Shown here: piece after piece, positions 1 to 8,476 of the stretch
How positions within the stretch are numbered: the stretch's first letter is position 1
How the letters are laid out: the number at the start of each line of letters is the position of its first letter
Translations under genes and position numbers: made by a program
Assembly (NCBI GenBank): GCA_964535575.1
Contig: CAZHTC010000003.1
Span: 283,357 to 347,356 of the forward strand
DNA: 64,000 nt
Reading direction: 5' to 3'
Origin: an uncultured Bifidobacteriaceae bacterium
GTDB taxonomy: Bacteria; Bacteroidota; Bacteroidia; UKL13-3
The notes under the pieces: model-generated
Databases searched by the model: none
What the model saw: the letters and a program-made list of their open reading frames with translations, nothing else
What the model was told of the DNA's origin: nothing

Positions 1-6
1 TCGGCT

Positions 7-1125
7 GTGGTGGTGTTTAATATTGGAAATATTAATTTCATCAGCCCAAGTCGTCCGTTACAATTGTACACCTTTGGTGGCTATGCGTTGTTAATGCCCG
101 AAGCGATTAGTTTTTCTGAATGGTTCCCACCCAAGAAAGCTTACACAACCAAGGTCAATGCAGCCCTCTTAGGGGCCGGGTTTAAAATGAAGGTGAGCAA
201 TTCTTTTGATGTTTTTGGAGAGGCAGGCTTGCGTATTACTCAAAATGACTCGATTGACGTATGGAGTCCTTCAGGATCCGTCTTAAACCGTTCATATGAT
301 TGGTATTTGTTCCCTACCGTTGGATTTTCTTACCATGTTGGTAAAAAAGCAAGCACACCTATTGAATGGCATAATCCGGTTAAGTATATGTACGATGAAC
401 TGGCCTCAATGAAGAAAACCGTAGATGCCATGAAGATTGATAATGACAATGATGGCGTTTCCGACTTTTTCGATCGTGAACCCAATACACCCGACAGCGT
501 AAATGTTTATGGAAGCGGTAAAGCGGTAGATACCGATCGGGATGGTATTCCTGATCATCAGGATACCGAACCATATTCAGATCCTGGTGCGGTGGTGGAT
601 GCAAGTGGCCGATCAAAAGACAGTGATGGTGACGGAGTTCCTGATCACAGGGATATGGAGCCTAATACCGACACCTCTATGTTGGCCAATCATCAGGGTA
701 TTGCCATAGTGTCAAAAGCCATGGCTAAACAAATGCAAACCGTTCCTGAAAATAAGGCCGAGAAGATGTTCCAGCAAGTGGGTAAAATAGGCTATTTACC
801 TGCTATCTTCTTCGAGACAGACGAGTTTGAGGTTCCTTCAAGGTACTATGCCGATTTGTATGGGGTAGCACATGCCATGCGCAATTTCCCTGAAGCAAAA
901 TTGTATATCATTGGAGGTGCGGATATGCGCAAAGATGAGGCATACAACTTGGAACTAGCCAGAAAACGTGCGCAGGCGGTAGCCGATATTCTCTCTAAGA
1001 AATTCGGAATTGATAAGAGCAGGCTTATTGTGCAAACCATTGGCAAAAAAGATCCGCTGGTTGATGGCAAACGAAAAGATGCCTTAGCCGCCAACAGAAG
1101 GGTAACCTTCAAAGTAGTAGAGTAG
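7..1125 (+). CDS. OmpA-family outer membrane protein with thrombospondin type-3 (Ca-binding) repeats; N-terminus truncated by window edge
   Basis: Four DxDxDGxxDxxD-type repeats (DNDNDGVSDFFD, DTDRDGIPDHQD, DSDGDGVPDHRD). C-terminal OmpA/MotB peptidoglycan-binding domain (ARKRAQAVADIL...NRRVTFKVV). The ORF runs to the window start. Confidence 0.75.
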   Translation: MVVFNIGNINFISPSRPLQLYTFGGYALLMPEAISFSEWFPPKKAYTTKVNAALLGAGFKMKVSNSFDVFGEAGLRITQNDSIDVWSPSGSVLNRSYDWYLFPTVGFSYHVGKKASTPIEWHNPVKYMYDELASMKKTVDAMKIDNDNDGVSDFFDREPNTPDSVNVYGSGKAVDTDRDGIPDHQDTEPYSDPGAVVDASGRSKDSDGDGVPDHRDMEPNTDTSMLANHQGIAIVSKAMAKQMQTVPENKAEKMFQQVGKIGYLPAIFFETDEFEVPSRYYADLYGVAHAMRNFPEAKLYIIGGADMRKDEAYNLELARKRAQAVADILSKKFGIDKSRLIVQTIGKKDPLVDGKRKDALAANRRVTFKVVE

Positions 1126-1155
1126 TAGTAGATTCTTCATATTGTTCGTTTTGTT

Positions 1156-1184
1156 AAATCCCCTGAGCAATCGGGGGATTTTCA
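1156..1184. terminator. Bidirectional rho-independent terminator between convergent genes
   Basis: AAATCCCC-tgagcaatc-GGGGGATTTT: GC stem flanked by an A-run and a T-run, between the + OmpA gene and the - SpoU gene. Confidence 0.6.
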
Positions 1185-1733
1185 TTTAAAGGCGGTAAAA
1201 AAATGCCAGCAAACAATACCGGCACTTACGGCAATATTCAGCGAGTGTTTACTTCCCTGTTGCGGAATTTCAATAAATGCATCGGCCAGTGAAAATAACT
1301 CCTCGTTTACCCCGTTTACTTCATTTCCGAATACAAGAGCATACTTTTGAGTTTTGTCTGCAATAAACCTATCCAACATCACACCGGCACTGGTTTGCTC
1401 TATGATTAAAATTCGGTAACCTTCTTTTTTTAACTCGGTAATTGCATCAATGGTAGAAGCCACGTAATGCCATTTTACACTTTCATCGGCACCCAGCGCG
1501 GTTTTCCGGATATCGTTATTTGGCGGACATGCAGTAATGCCACACAGGTAAACTCCCTCAAAAGCAAAGGAATCAGCTGTTCGAAAAACAGATCCGACAT
1601 TTAGGGCACTGCGCACATTGTCGAGTACCACCATAATGGGGTTTTTCACAGTTTTCCTGAATTCATCCACAGTTAAACGGTTTAATTCAATATTCTTTAA
1701 TTTGCGCGTCATGTTAAGTGCAATTATCCGCAT
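1182..1733 (-). CDS. SpoU/TrmH-family RNA 2'-O-methyltransferase
   Basis: SPOUT motifs ([37 protein letters not shown]). An alternative ATG lies at 1712 (MTRKLK...). The true start is uncertain because the divergent mutS start is only about 20 nt away. Confidence 0.75.
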   Translation of the reverse strand: MRIIALNMTRKLKNIELNRLTVDEFRKTVKNPIMVVLDNVRSALNVGSVFRTADSFAFEGVYLCGITACPPNNDIRKTALGADESVKWHYVASTIDAITELKKEGYRILIIEQTSAGVMLDRFIADKTQKYALVFGNEVNGVNEELFSLADAFIEIPQQGSKHSLNIAVSAGIVCWHFFTAFK

Positions 1734-1754
1734 TCTGTTTTAAAGCCACAAGTA

Positions 1755-4361
1755 TTGAAAACCACCGAAGCGGCAGATACTCCTTTAATGCGCCAATACA
1801 ATCAGATAAAGGCGAAATACCCCGATGCTATTTTATTATTCAGGGTGGGCGACTTTTATGAAACGTTTGGTGACGATGCCATACGGGCTTCGCAAATCTT
1901 AGGTATTGTATTAACCAAGCGGGCCAATGGGACGGCCGCACATATTGAACTGGCCGGATTTCCTCATCATTCACTTGATGTTTATTTGCCAAAATTGGTG
2001 CGTGCAGGGCAGCGGGTTGCCATTTGCGATCAGTTGGAAGATCCTAAACTTACCAAGAAAATTGTAAAACGCGGTGTTACCGAACTGGTTTCGCCCGGAG
2101 TTTCATACAACGATAAGGTGCTGGAGGTAAAACAAAATAATTACCTCGCTTCGGTTTTTCTTTCCGAGGGTATAGGAGGGATATCATTTCTTGATATTTC
2201 AACCGGAGAGTTTTTTCTGGCCGAAGGGAAAACTGATTACCTCGATAAATTACTGCAAGGATTGAAACCTGCCGAGGTACTGGTAAGTAAACCTCAGGCA
2301 AAGGAATTTATCAGGCATTTTGGGGATAAATTCTATACTTTTCTGATTGACGATTGGGTATTTACCGATGACTATGCCAATGAAAAGCTGCTGAAACATT
2401 TCGAAACTCAATCGTTAAAAGGATTTGGGGTTGATAAAATGAAATTGGGTATTGTGGCTGCCGGAGCAGCACTCCATTACCTGCACGAAAATCAACACCG
2501 GAATATAGCCCATATTACTTCGGTTTCGCGATTAGAAGAGGATAAGTACGTATGGCTCGATACGTTTACCGTACGCAATCTGGAGCTGGTGTACAGTGCT
2601 AATGAACATGGAGTGCCTCTTCTTCAAATACTCGACCATACACTTACCCCCATGGGTGCCCGTTTATTGCGCAGGTGGATGGTTATGCCGCTTAAAGAGC
2701 AAAAACTCATTGAGGAGCGGTTGGATGTGGTGGAGCAGTTCACCAAAAATGAACATCTGGCCGCAGAGGTGGCAAGTTTATTAAAACAAGTGGGAGATTT
2801 AGAGCGCCTGATTTCTAAAGTGGCCATGAAGCGGGTAAATCCGCGTGAATTGATGCAATTGAACCGCTCACTGAAAATTATTGAACCGTTAAAGCAATTG
2901 CTTATGCAAACCGGTCATTTACCTATGACCAAGGTTGCCGATCAGCTGCAGCCCTGCTTTACCGCCATTCAACGGCTTGAACAGGTATTGGTACCAGAGC
3001 CACCGGCTTTACTGAATAAAGGAAGTGTAATTGCCGATGATGTTCATGCCGAACTGGATGAATTGCGCAAAATTGCCTATTCAGGAAAAGATTATTTGTT
3101 GCAGATTCAACAGCGAGAAAGCCAGCGTACCGGAATTCCTTCACTTAAAATTTCGTACAATAATGTTTTTGGGTATTACCTGGAAGTAACCAATGCGCAT
3201 AAAGATAAAGTTCCGGTAGAATGGATAAGAAAACAAACTCTGGTAAATGCCGAACGATACATTACTCAGGAGTTAAAAGAATACGAAGAAAAAATTCTGG
3301 GGGCCGAAGAAAAGATTTTTGCGATTGAAGAGCGCCTGTTTAATGAACTGGTAGTAGAAATGAGCGAATACGTAACAGCTGTGCAGCAAAACGCGCTGCA
3401 ACTAGCACGTATTGATAGTTTGCTGTCGTTTGCAACGGTGGCACTGCGAAATAATTATGTAAAACCCGAGCTGAACGATTCGTTTGAACTTATGCTTAAA
3501 GATTGCCGGCATCCGGTAATTGAACGGCAACTCCCGCCTGGTGAAGCGTATATTCCAAATGATATTTACCTTGATAATGCCAAACAGCAGGTTATCATTC
3601 TCACCGGGCCCAATATGTCGGGTAAATCGGCTGTGTTAAGGCAAACGGCTCTTGCGGTGCTCATGGCGCAAATTGGTTGTTTTGTTCCGGCCACTTATGC
3701 GCGCATCGGATTAATTGATAAAGTTTTTACGCGTGTAGGAGCCTCTGATAATTTAAGCAGCGGAGAATCCACCTTTATGGTGGAAATGACCGAAACGGCA
3801 AGCATTCTGAACAATCTCTCACCTCGTAGCCTTATTTTATTAGACGAAATAGGACGCGGCACCAGCACCTATGACGGAGTTTCTCTGGCATGGTCGATTA
3901 CCGAATATTTAACTAAGGTGCCTCTGAAACCGAAAACGCTTTTTGCCACCCATTACCACGAGCTCAACGAACTGGAAGGTAAACTTGACGGAATTAAAAA
4001 CTACCATGTGGCCGTAAAGGAAACAGGAAACAAAGTTATTTTTCTCCGAAAATTAAAAGAAGGAGGCAGTGAACATAGCTTTGGTATTCATGTGGCACGT
4101 ATGGCCGGCATACCCAAAGATGTACTGCGCAGAGCGGAAGAAATATTACATTACCTCGAGGATAACCGTTCATCCATAAGTGGAACAGAAGCCGTGAAAA
4201 AATTACCTCCCGACCCTTTTCAATTGAATATGTTTCAGCTTAGCGACCCTCTCGTGCAACGGGTAAAAGAAGAATTGCAGAAGGTAGAAACCGATTCTAT
4301 AACTCCGCTCGAAGCTCTTATGAAGCTCCATTACCTCAAAAAAATTCTAGAAGGGAAATAA
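1755..4361 (+). CDS. mutS: DNA mismatch repair protein MutS
   Basis: N-terminal TPLMRQY...[14 protein letters not shown] mismatch-binding motif. Walker A GPNMSGKS. Conserved STFMVEM and [12 protein letters not shown] motifs. The called start is TTG; an alternative ATG lies at 1788. Confidence 0.95.
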   Translation: MKTTEAADTPLMRQYNQIKAKYPDAILLFRVGDFYETFGDDAIRASQILGIVLTKRANGTAAHIELAGFPHHSLDVYLPKLVRAGQRVAICDQLEDPKLTKKIVKRGVTELVSPGVSYNDKVLEVKQNNYLASVFLSEGIGGISFLDISTGEFFLAEGKTDYLDKLLQGLKPAEVLVSKPQAKEFIRHFGDKFYTFLIDDWVFTDDYANEKLLKHFETQSLKGFGVDKMKLGIVAAGAALHYLHENQHRNIAHITSVSRLEEDKYVWLDTFTVRNLELVYSANEHGVPLLQILDHTLTPMGARLLRRWMVMPLKEQKLIEERLDVVEQFTKNEHLAAEVASLLKQVGDLERLISKVAMKRVNPRELMQLNRSLKIIEPLKQLLMQTGHLPMTKVADQLQPCFTAIQRLEQVLVPEPPALLNKGSVIADDVHAELDELRKIAYSGKDYLLQIQQRESQRTGIPSLKISYNNVFGYYLEVTNAHKDKVPVEWIRKQTLVNAERYITQELKEYEEKILGAEEKIFAIEERLFNELVVEMSEYVTAVQQNALQLARIDSLLSFATVALRNNYVKPELNDSFELMLKDCRHPVIERQLPPGEAYIPNDIYLDNAKQQVIILTGPNMSGKSAVLRQTALAVLMAQIGCFVPATYARIGLIDKVFTRVGASDNLSSGESTFMVEMTETASILNNLSPRSLILLDEIGRGTSTYDGVSLAWSITEYLTKVPLKPKTLFATHYHELNELEGKLDGIKNYHVAVKETGNKVIFLRKLKEGGSEHSFGIHVARMAGIPKDVLRRAEEILHYLEDNRSSISGTEAVKKLPPDPFQLNMFQLSDPLVQRVKEELQKVETDSITPLEALMKLHYLKKILEGK

Positions 4362-4426
4362 GTTTTTGCTGATTTACTGCTTGCAGATTAGTTACTTACA
4401 TGGCACTTATTTTTTTTGTTACTCCC

Positions 4427-4457
4427 ATTGTAAAAAACAGGGCGACCCTTATATTTG
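4427..4457 (+). promoter_or_regulatory. Putative Bacteroidetes sigma-A promoter for the tRNA-Gly/tRNA-Leu unit
   Basis: TTG at 4428-4430 and TATATTTG (TAnnTTTG -7 box) at 4450-4457, spacing 19 nt, about 20 nt upstream of the tRNA-Gly 5' end. Confidence 0.45.
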
Positions 4458-4476
4458 CAGTCCCTTAGGGGAAAAT

Positions 4477-4552
4477 GCGAGAGTAGCTCAGTTGGTAGAG
4501 CGCAACCTTGCCAAGGTTGAGGTCGCGAGTTCGAACCTCGTCTCTCGCTCCA
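4477..4552 (+). tRNA. tRNA-Gly (anticodon GCC), CCA encoded
   Basis: Hand-folded cloverleaf: acceptor GCGAGAG/CTCTCGC, D-arm GCTC-AGTTGGTA-GAGC, anticodon arm CAACC-TTGCCAA-GGTTG, T-arm GCGAG-TTCGAAC-CTCGT, 3' TCCA. Confidence 0.9.
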
Positions 4553-4560
4553 AAACAATT

Positions 4561-4611
4561 AAGGTGTGAGTTCAGCGAAGAAACCAATACACATCGCTTT
4601 CCTCACACCTT
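4561..4611 (+). repeat. Two-tier inverted repeat (hairpin) in the tRNA-Gly/tRNA-Leu spacer
   Basis: Outer perfect 10-bp arms AAGGTGTGAG (4561-4570) / CTCACACCTT (4602-4611). Inner 5-bp arms AGCGA (4574-4578) / TCGCT (4594-4598). Confidence 0.6.
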
Positions 4612-4635
4612 CTTTATTATCGTTCTTTTATTCAG

Positions 4636-4720
4636 GCTCGGGTGGTGGAACTGGTAGACACGCAGGACTTAAAATCCTGTGGCCTCAACAGCCGTGCGGG
4701 TTCGATTCCCGCCTCGAGCA
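4636..4720 (+). tRNA. tRNA-Leu (anticodon TAA), type II with long variable arm; CCA not encoded
   Basis: Acceptor GCTCGGG/CTCGAGC with discriminator A. Anticodon loop CTTAAAA. T-arm GCGGG-TTCGATT-CCCGC. Length 85 nt. Confidence 0.9.
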
Positions 4721-4724
4721 CTAA

Positions 4725-4746
4725 CCCCGCGCAAGCGGGGTTTTTT
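4725..4746 (+). terminator. Rho-independent terminator after tRNA-Leu
   Basis: CCCCGC-gcaa-GCGGGG followed by TTTTTT. Confidence 0.8.
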
Positions 4747-4841
4747 ATTTATACATGTTTCAAGAAGAGTTTTAGATACGTAAACATGATGTCTTTCCGC
4801 TTCGCTGCAGTTCTATACATTGTTTTTCCTAACTTGCAACC

Positions 4842-5792
4842 ATGATCACCGTGTATTACCGCGATAACGATAAACTTCAAAAAGTGCAGGGTGTAAATTG
4901 CCTGAACGGGATTGATTACAATCAACTGGTATGGGTTGATCTCAATCAACTTAGTGAAGAGGAAGAAAAGTATGTGGAAACCAAATTTCATGTAAATATT
5001 CCTGACGATAAACAAATGATGGAGATAGAATCAAGCTCCCGTTATTTTGAAAATGACAGGCATATTATAGCCAACTCTAATTTTCTCGTCCCCCTAAACG
5101 GAACGTACAAACCGGAACCTGCCTCTTTTATTCTTAAAGAAAAATACTTAGTTACTTACCGTAATTACGATTTGCGCTCGTTTAATGAAATGTTTAAACG
5201 GTTGGAAGTTCAGGGCAAAAATTTCAGCAACGGGTATCAGGTGCTGCTCACCATTTTTGAGATACGCATTGACCTGGATGCCGATTTAATTGAAGGAATT
5301 GCCAATGATATTACCCAAACCGGCAAACTGGTAACCGATGATAAACGGATTAATAAAGACCTGATTTTTAAAATTTCCTTTTTTCAGGAAATGAATATGT
5401 TGCTGCGGCAAAACATTATGGATAAACAACGGGTCATGCAATCGTTGTTGCGCAGTGAATATTTCCCCGATGATTATAGTCCCAGGCTGCGAAGTATGCT
5501 TAAAGATATCAGTTCGCTCATTGACCATACCGATTTTGGTTTTGAACGATTAGAGTACTTACAGGAAACTTTTCTGGGGTTAATTAACCTGGAGCAAAAT
5601 AAAATCATTAAAATTTTTACGGTGGTTTCAGTAATTTTTATGCCACCCACACTTATAGCCAGCATTTACGGAATGAATTTTAATTTTATGCCGGAACTTG
5701 GCTGGAATTACGGATATTTATTTGCCGTTGGTTTAATGGTGCTCTCCTCGGTTATTACGTTGTATATTTTTAAGAAGAATAACTGGCTCTAG
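4842..5792 (+). CDS. corA: CorA-family Mg2+/Co2+ transporter
   Basis: C-terminal two TM helices with the signature YGMNF (GMN) motif (IASIYGMNFNFMPEL). Length 316 aa is typical. Confidence 0.85.
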   Translation: MITVYYRDNDKLQKVQGVNCLNGIDYNQLVWVDLNQLSEEEEKYVETKFHVNIPDDKQMMEIESSSRYFENDRHIIANSNFLVPLNGTYKPEPASFILKEKYLVTYRNYDLRSFNEMFKRLEVQGKNFSNGYQVLLTIFEIRIDLDADLIEGIANDITQTGKLVTDDKRINKDLIFKISFFQEMNMLLRQNIMDKQRVMQSLLRSEYFPDDYSPRLRSMLKDISSLIDHTDFGFERLEYLQETFLGLINLEQNKIIKIFTVVSVIFMPPTLIASIYGMNFNFMPELGWNYGYLFAVGLMVLSSVITLYIFKKNNWL

Positions 5793-5793
5793 G

Positions 5794-7110
5794 TTATTCG
5801 CAAAATTCAATACCGTATTTTTTCAATTCTTTCAGAATGGGTTCGTAAAACTCCCGGGTGAGCGGAATCACCACTCCGCGGGCTTTAATTTTGTTTTGCA
5901 AAATGAGTTTTACTGCAATAGCCATAGGGAGCCCAACCGTTTTGGCCATAGCTGTGTATACTTCATTTTCTCCTTTTACCACCAATGAGCTGATGCGTTT
6001 TTTTGTTTTTCCGTTAAGCGAGTAGGTTAGCTGATGCTGCATTACAATCATGTCTAATTCGCCTTTGTTCAGTTTCCATTTTTCCTGAAGTAATTTTTGC
6101 AGGGCCAGTGCAGGACTTCCCTGTTCAATGCCCAGTGATTTATTTTCAAAAATCCCCAGCCATTGTAATTTTTTAAACTCGCTGCTTTGTCTGCCAATTT
6201 TTAAAAATGAACAAAGTTGTTGCTCCAGAGGCTTTGCAGATGGAGGGAGCAGAGCTGTAATTAAGTTGCGCCACGTAAGGGTAGCAGCTTCATTCAGTAT
6301 GAGGTTGTCATCAGTGAGTCCTAATGCAACCAGGTGATTCCAGGAGCGGCAATACCCTTTTTTTCGGAGCGTACCTCTCAAAACTGTTTTAGCCTGTTCA
6401 ATTCCGTAGGGTTTAATGTATCCGTTCGAATCGCGGTTGGCATAGGCTTCAAATTGTCCGTAGCCTTTAACTGAAATGGTTTCGGTTTGCAGAAAAATGC
6501 GGTTGTAAGGAATAAATTTGAGTTGCCCGTTTTCGGTAAAGGTGGCCGTGGCATTTCCGGCAAGAATAACATTGCGCGGATTCCAGGTAAATTTATAATG
6601 CCAGGGGTTGGTATCAAATTCGGGGGCTACCAAACCGCCACAATAGGATTTAAATGTTTCAATCTGTCCTCCTTTGGATTGAATATCGTGTATCATTTCC
6701 ATGGCCGAGAGGTGGTCAATACCCGGGTCGAGGCCAATTTCATTCAAAAATAAAACACCGGATTTTGCTGCTGCGCTATGCAGTTTTTTCATTTCGGGAG
6801 TAAGGTACGATGCCGTAACCAAATGCTTTTTAAATTTAAGGCAATCTCTGGCAACTAAAATATGCAGCGAAGGGGGCATCATGGAAATTACCAGGTCATG
6901 TTTTGCAATCAGGGATTCGCGTTTCGGTTTATCCAGTAAATTCAGTTCAATGGCCTCCCCGCGATCATGTTTTTTTATTTTTGATAACGCAAGTGCCAAC
7001 GATTGATCGGCTACAGTAATCTGCCAGTTTTCTTTCTTACTGTGAGCCAGTAAATATTTAATCAGGTAAGAAGCAGATAATCCTGCTCCCAAAACCAGTA
7101 TTTTTTTCAT
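5794..7110 (-). CDS. Saccharopine dehydrogenase family NAD(P)-binding protein
   Basis: N-terminal Rossmann MKKILVLGAGLSASYLIKYL. The size (438 aa) and overall similarity match bacterial Lys9-like saccharopine dehydrogenases. It converges on corA with a 1-nt gap. Confidence 0.75.
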   Translation of the reverse strand: MKKILVLGAGLSASYLIKYLLAHSKKENWQITVADQSLALALSKIKKHDRGEAIELNLLDKPKRESLIAKHDLVISMMPPSLHILVARDCLKFKKHLVTASYLTPEMKKLHSAAAKSGVLFLNEIGLDPGIDHLSAMEMIHDIQSKGGQIETFKSYCGGLVAPEFDTNPWHYKFTWNPRNVILAGNATATFTENGQLKFIPYNRIFLQTETISVKGYGQFEAYANRDSNGYIKPYGIEQAKTVLRGTLRKKGYCRSWNHLVALGLTDDNLILNEAATLTWRNLITALLPPSAKPLEQQLCSFLKIGRQSSEFKKLQWLGIFENKSLGIEQGSPALALQKLLQEKWKLNKGELDMIVMQHQLTYSLNGKTKKRISSLVVKGENEVYTAMAKTVGLPMAIAVKLILQNKIKARGVVIPLTREFYEPILKELKKYGIEFCE

Positions 7111-7160
7111 GTATAATCTATTCAGACCACAAAGCTAAGTTAAAAATCGGGATGCGCACA

Positions 7161-7194
7161 CACTTGCACATTTCGGTTAATGATTGTATGTTTG
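7161..7194 (+). promoter_or_regulatory. Putative -33/-7 promoter for cdd, lying inside the ORF-caller's extended cdd frame
   Basis: TTG at 7164-7166 and TATGTTTG at 7187-7194, spacing 20 nt. ATG at 7203 follows 9 nt downstream. Confidence 0.4.
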
Positions 7195-7202
7195 ATAAAG
7201 CC

Positions 7203-7685
7203 ATGATAGAAAAAATTCAATACCAAAGCGAAGGAGTACTGGTTGATGAAGCCGACCTTACTCCGGAGCAATTGCAGTTGTTGCAGGAAACACGAAACCT
7301 GTTTGGGCAGGCATATGCTCCTTACAGCCGGTTCAGAGTGGCAGCCATTGCATTGCTTCATAATGGCACGCGGGTAAAAGGCACCAATCAGGAAAATGCC
7401 GCCTATCCATCGGGGTTATGTGCCGAGCGGGTAGCATTGTTTCAGGCCGGTTCGTTATTTCCTGAGGCAGTTGTTAACATACTTTGTATTGCGGCAAAAA
7501 ATGAACAGAAACTTACCAATAAACCGGTATCGCCCTGCGGAGCCTGTTTGCAGGTGATAAGTGAAAGTGAATACCGGCAGCAAAAGCCCATTACGATTAT
7601 GCTGGCAGGAGAGGAGGGGAAAATCTTATTAATTGAAGGGGTGAAAAATTTATTGCCGTTCCGTTTTTTGCCTGATGCGTTGTAA
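7203..7685 (+). CDS. cdd: Cytidine deaminase
   Basis: CAERVALFQA (C-A-E zinc ligand) and PCGACLQV (CxxC) motifs. The start is moved from 7152 to 7203 (MIEK...). This gives about 37 aa before AYAPYS, as in typical 160-aa cytidine deaminases, and it clears the predicted promoter. Confidence 0.8.
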   Translation: MIEKIQYQSEGVLVDEADLTPEQLQLLQETRNLFGQAYAPYSRFRVAAIALLHNGTRVKGTNQENAAYPSGLCAERVALFQAGSLFPEAVVNILCIAAKNEQKLTNKPVSPCGACLQVISESEYRQQKPITIMLAGEEGKILLIEGVKNLLPFRFLPDAL

Positions 7686-8427
7686 AATTATTTTTCTGGT
7701 AGTATTTTTATTCTCTTTTATAAGGGGAAAGGCACAGCAAGATACAACACAGTTTTATGTAAAAGAATTTTTGCCTCCCGACAGCATTCATAAACTCTGG
7801 TTGGGCATCGAAGGCGGGCTGGAGTACTGTGACCGTTATTTTAAAACCAGCGACCGCTATTATGCCTCGCGTACCAATTTTACCAATGTAGGTAAACGCA
7901 TACCTGGAAGTTCGTTTCATTTGGGAGTAGGTACCTACTATACACTCAATCACGCCTGGAAAATAGAGTCGGGGGTTCACTTTTTAATGAACACGTATGC
8001 TATTTCTAAATACCGTCAGCCTTTTTTAACGAAGTCAATAGTTACAGGAAACGATTCGATTTTATACAAAGATATTGGCTTTGATTACTATCAGGCCTAC
8101 TTGTATTTGCCCCTGTACATAAAGCATATGTTCTACGAGAGCCCAACTATTTCAGTTTACGCATCTGGCGGAACAGGCATGTTGATTTTACTGATCGATG
8201 CCGACCGGAATGAGTACACCAATAGCTATACTCCCTATCAGCTCACTTATAATCCATTAACCATTACGTGGCACGCGGGTATTGGTGTGTTTTACAAATT
8301 ATCGCCCGACTTACTGCTTAAAATAGAACCAGGCTGCAGGGGAACGGTTACTTCTCCGTTAAAACACCCTGACGGAGGTTCTCTGTTCAACGCAATTCTA
8401 TCATTCGGAATAATTTATACGCAATGA
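7675..8427 (+). CDS. Hypothetical outer-membrane beta-barrel (porin-like) protein with signal peptide
   Basis: N-terminal signal MRCKIIFLVVFLFSFIRGKAQQ. Alternating aromatic/hydrophobic beta-strand pattern. C-terminal aromatic residue. Confidence 0.5.
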   Translation: MRCKIIFLVVFLFSFIRGKAQQDTTQFYVKEFLPPDSIHKLWLGIEGGLEYCDRYFKTSDRYYASRTNFTNVGKRIPGSSFHLGVGTYYTLNHAWKIESGVHFLMNTYAISKYRQPFLTKSIVTGNDSILYKDIGFDYYQAYLYLPLYIKHMFYESPTISVYASGGTGMLILLIDADRNEYTNSYTPYQLTYNPLTITWHAGIGVFYKLSPDLLLKIEPGCRGTVTSPLKHPDGGSLFNAILSFGIIYTQ

Positions 8428-8430
8428 AAA

Positions 8431-8463
8431 AACCTCCCCAACTATCCGTCAGGAAGGTTTTTT
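8431..8463. terminator. Weak bidirectional terminator-like hairpin between convergent genes
   Basis: AAAAAACCTCCCC...GGAAGGTTTTTT: imperfect stem flanked by A and T runs. Confidence 0.35.
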
Positions 8464-8476
8464 CGCATGTGAAAAT

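Noticed and set aside
4366-4845. ORFs 4366-4569 (+), 4642-4845 (+) and 4749-5015 (-) in the tRNA region
   Set aside because: They overlap tRNA-Gly, tRNA-Leu, the terminator hairpin and the corA promoter. They have no coding features and are artefacts of the open frame across the tRNA genes.
5790-5796. corA and saccharopine dehydrogenase converge with a 1-nt gap and no terminator
   Set aside because: This is just tight convergent packing, which is common in compact Bacteroidota genomes, and it is not evidence of a functional element.
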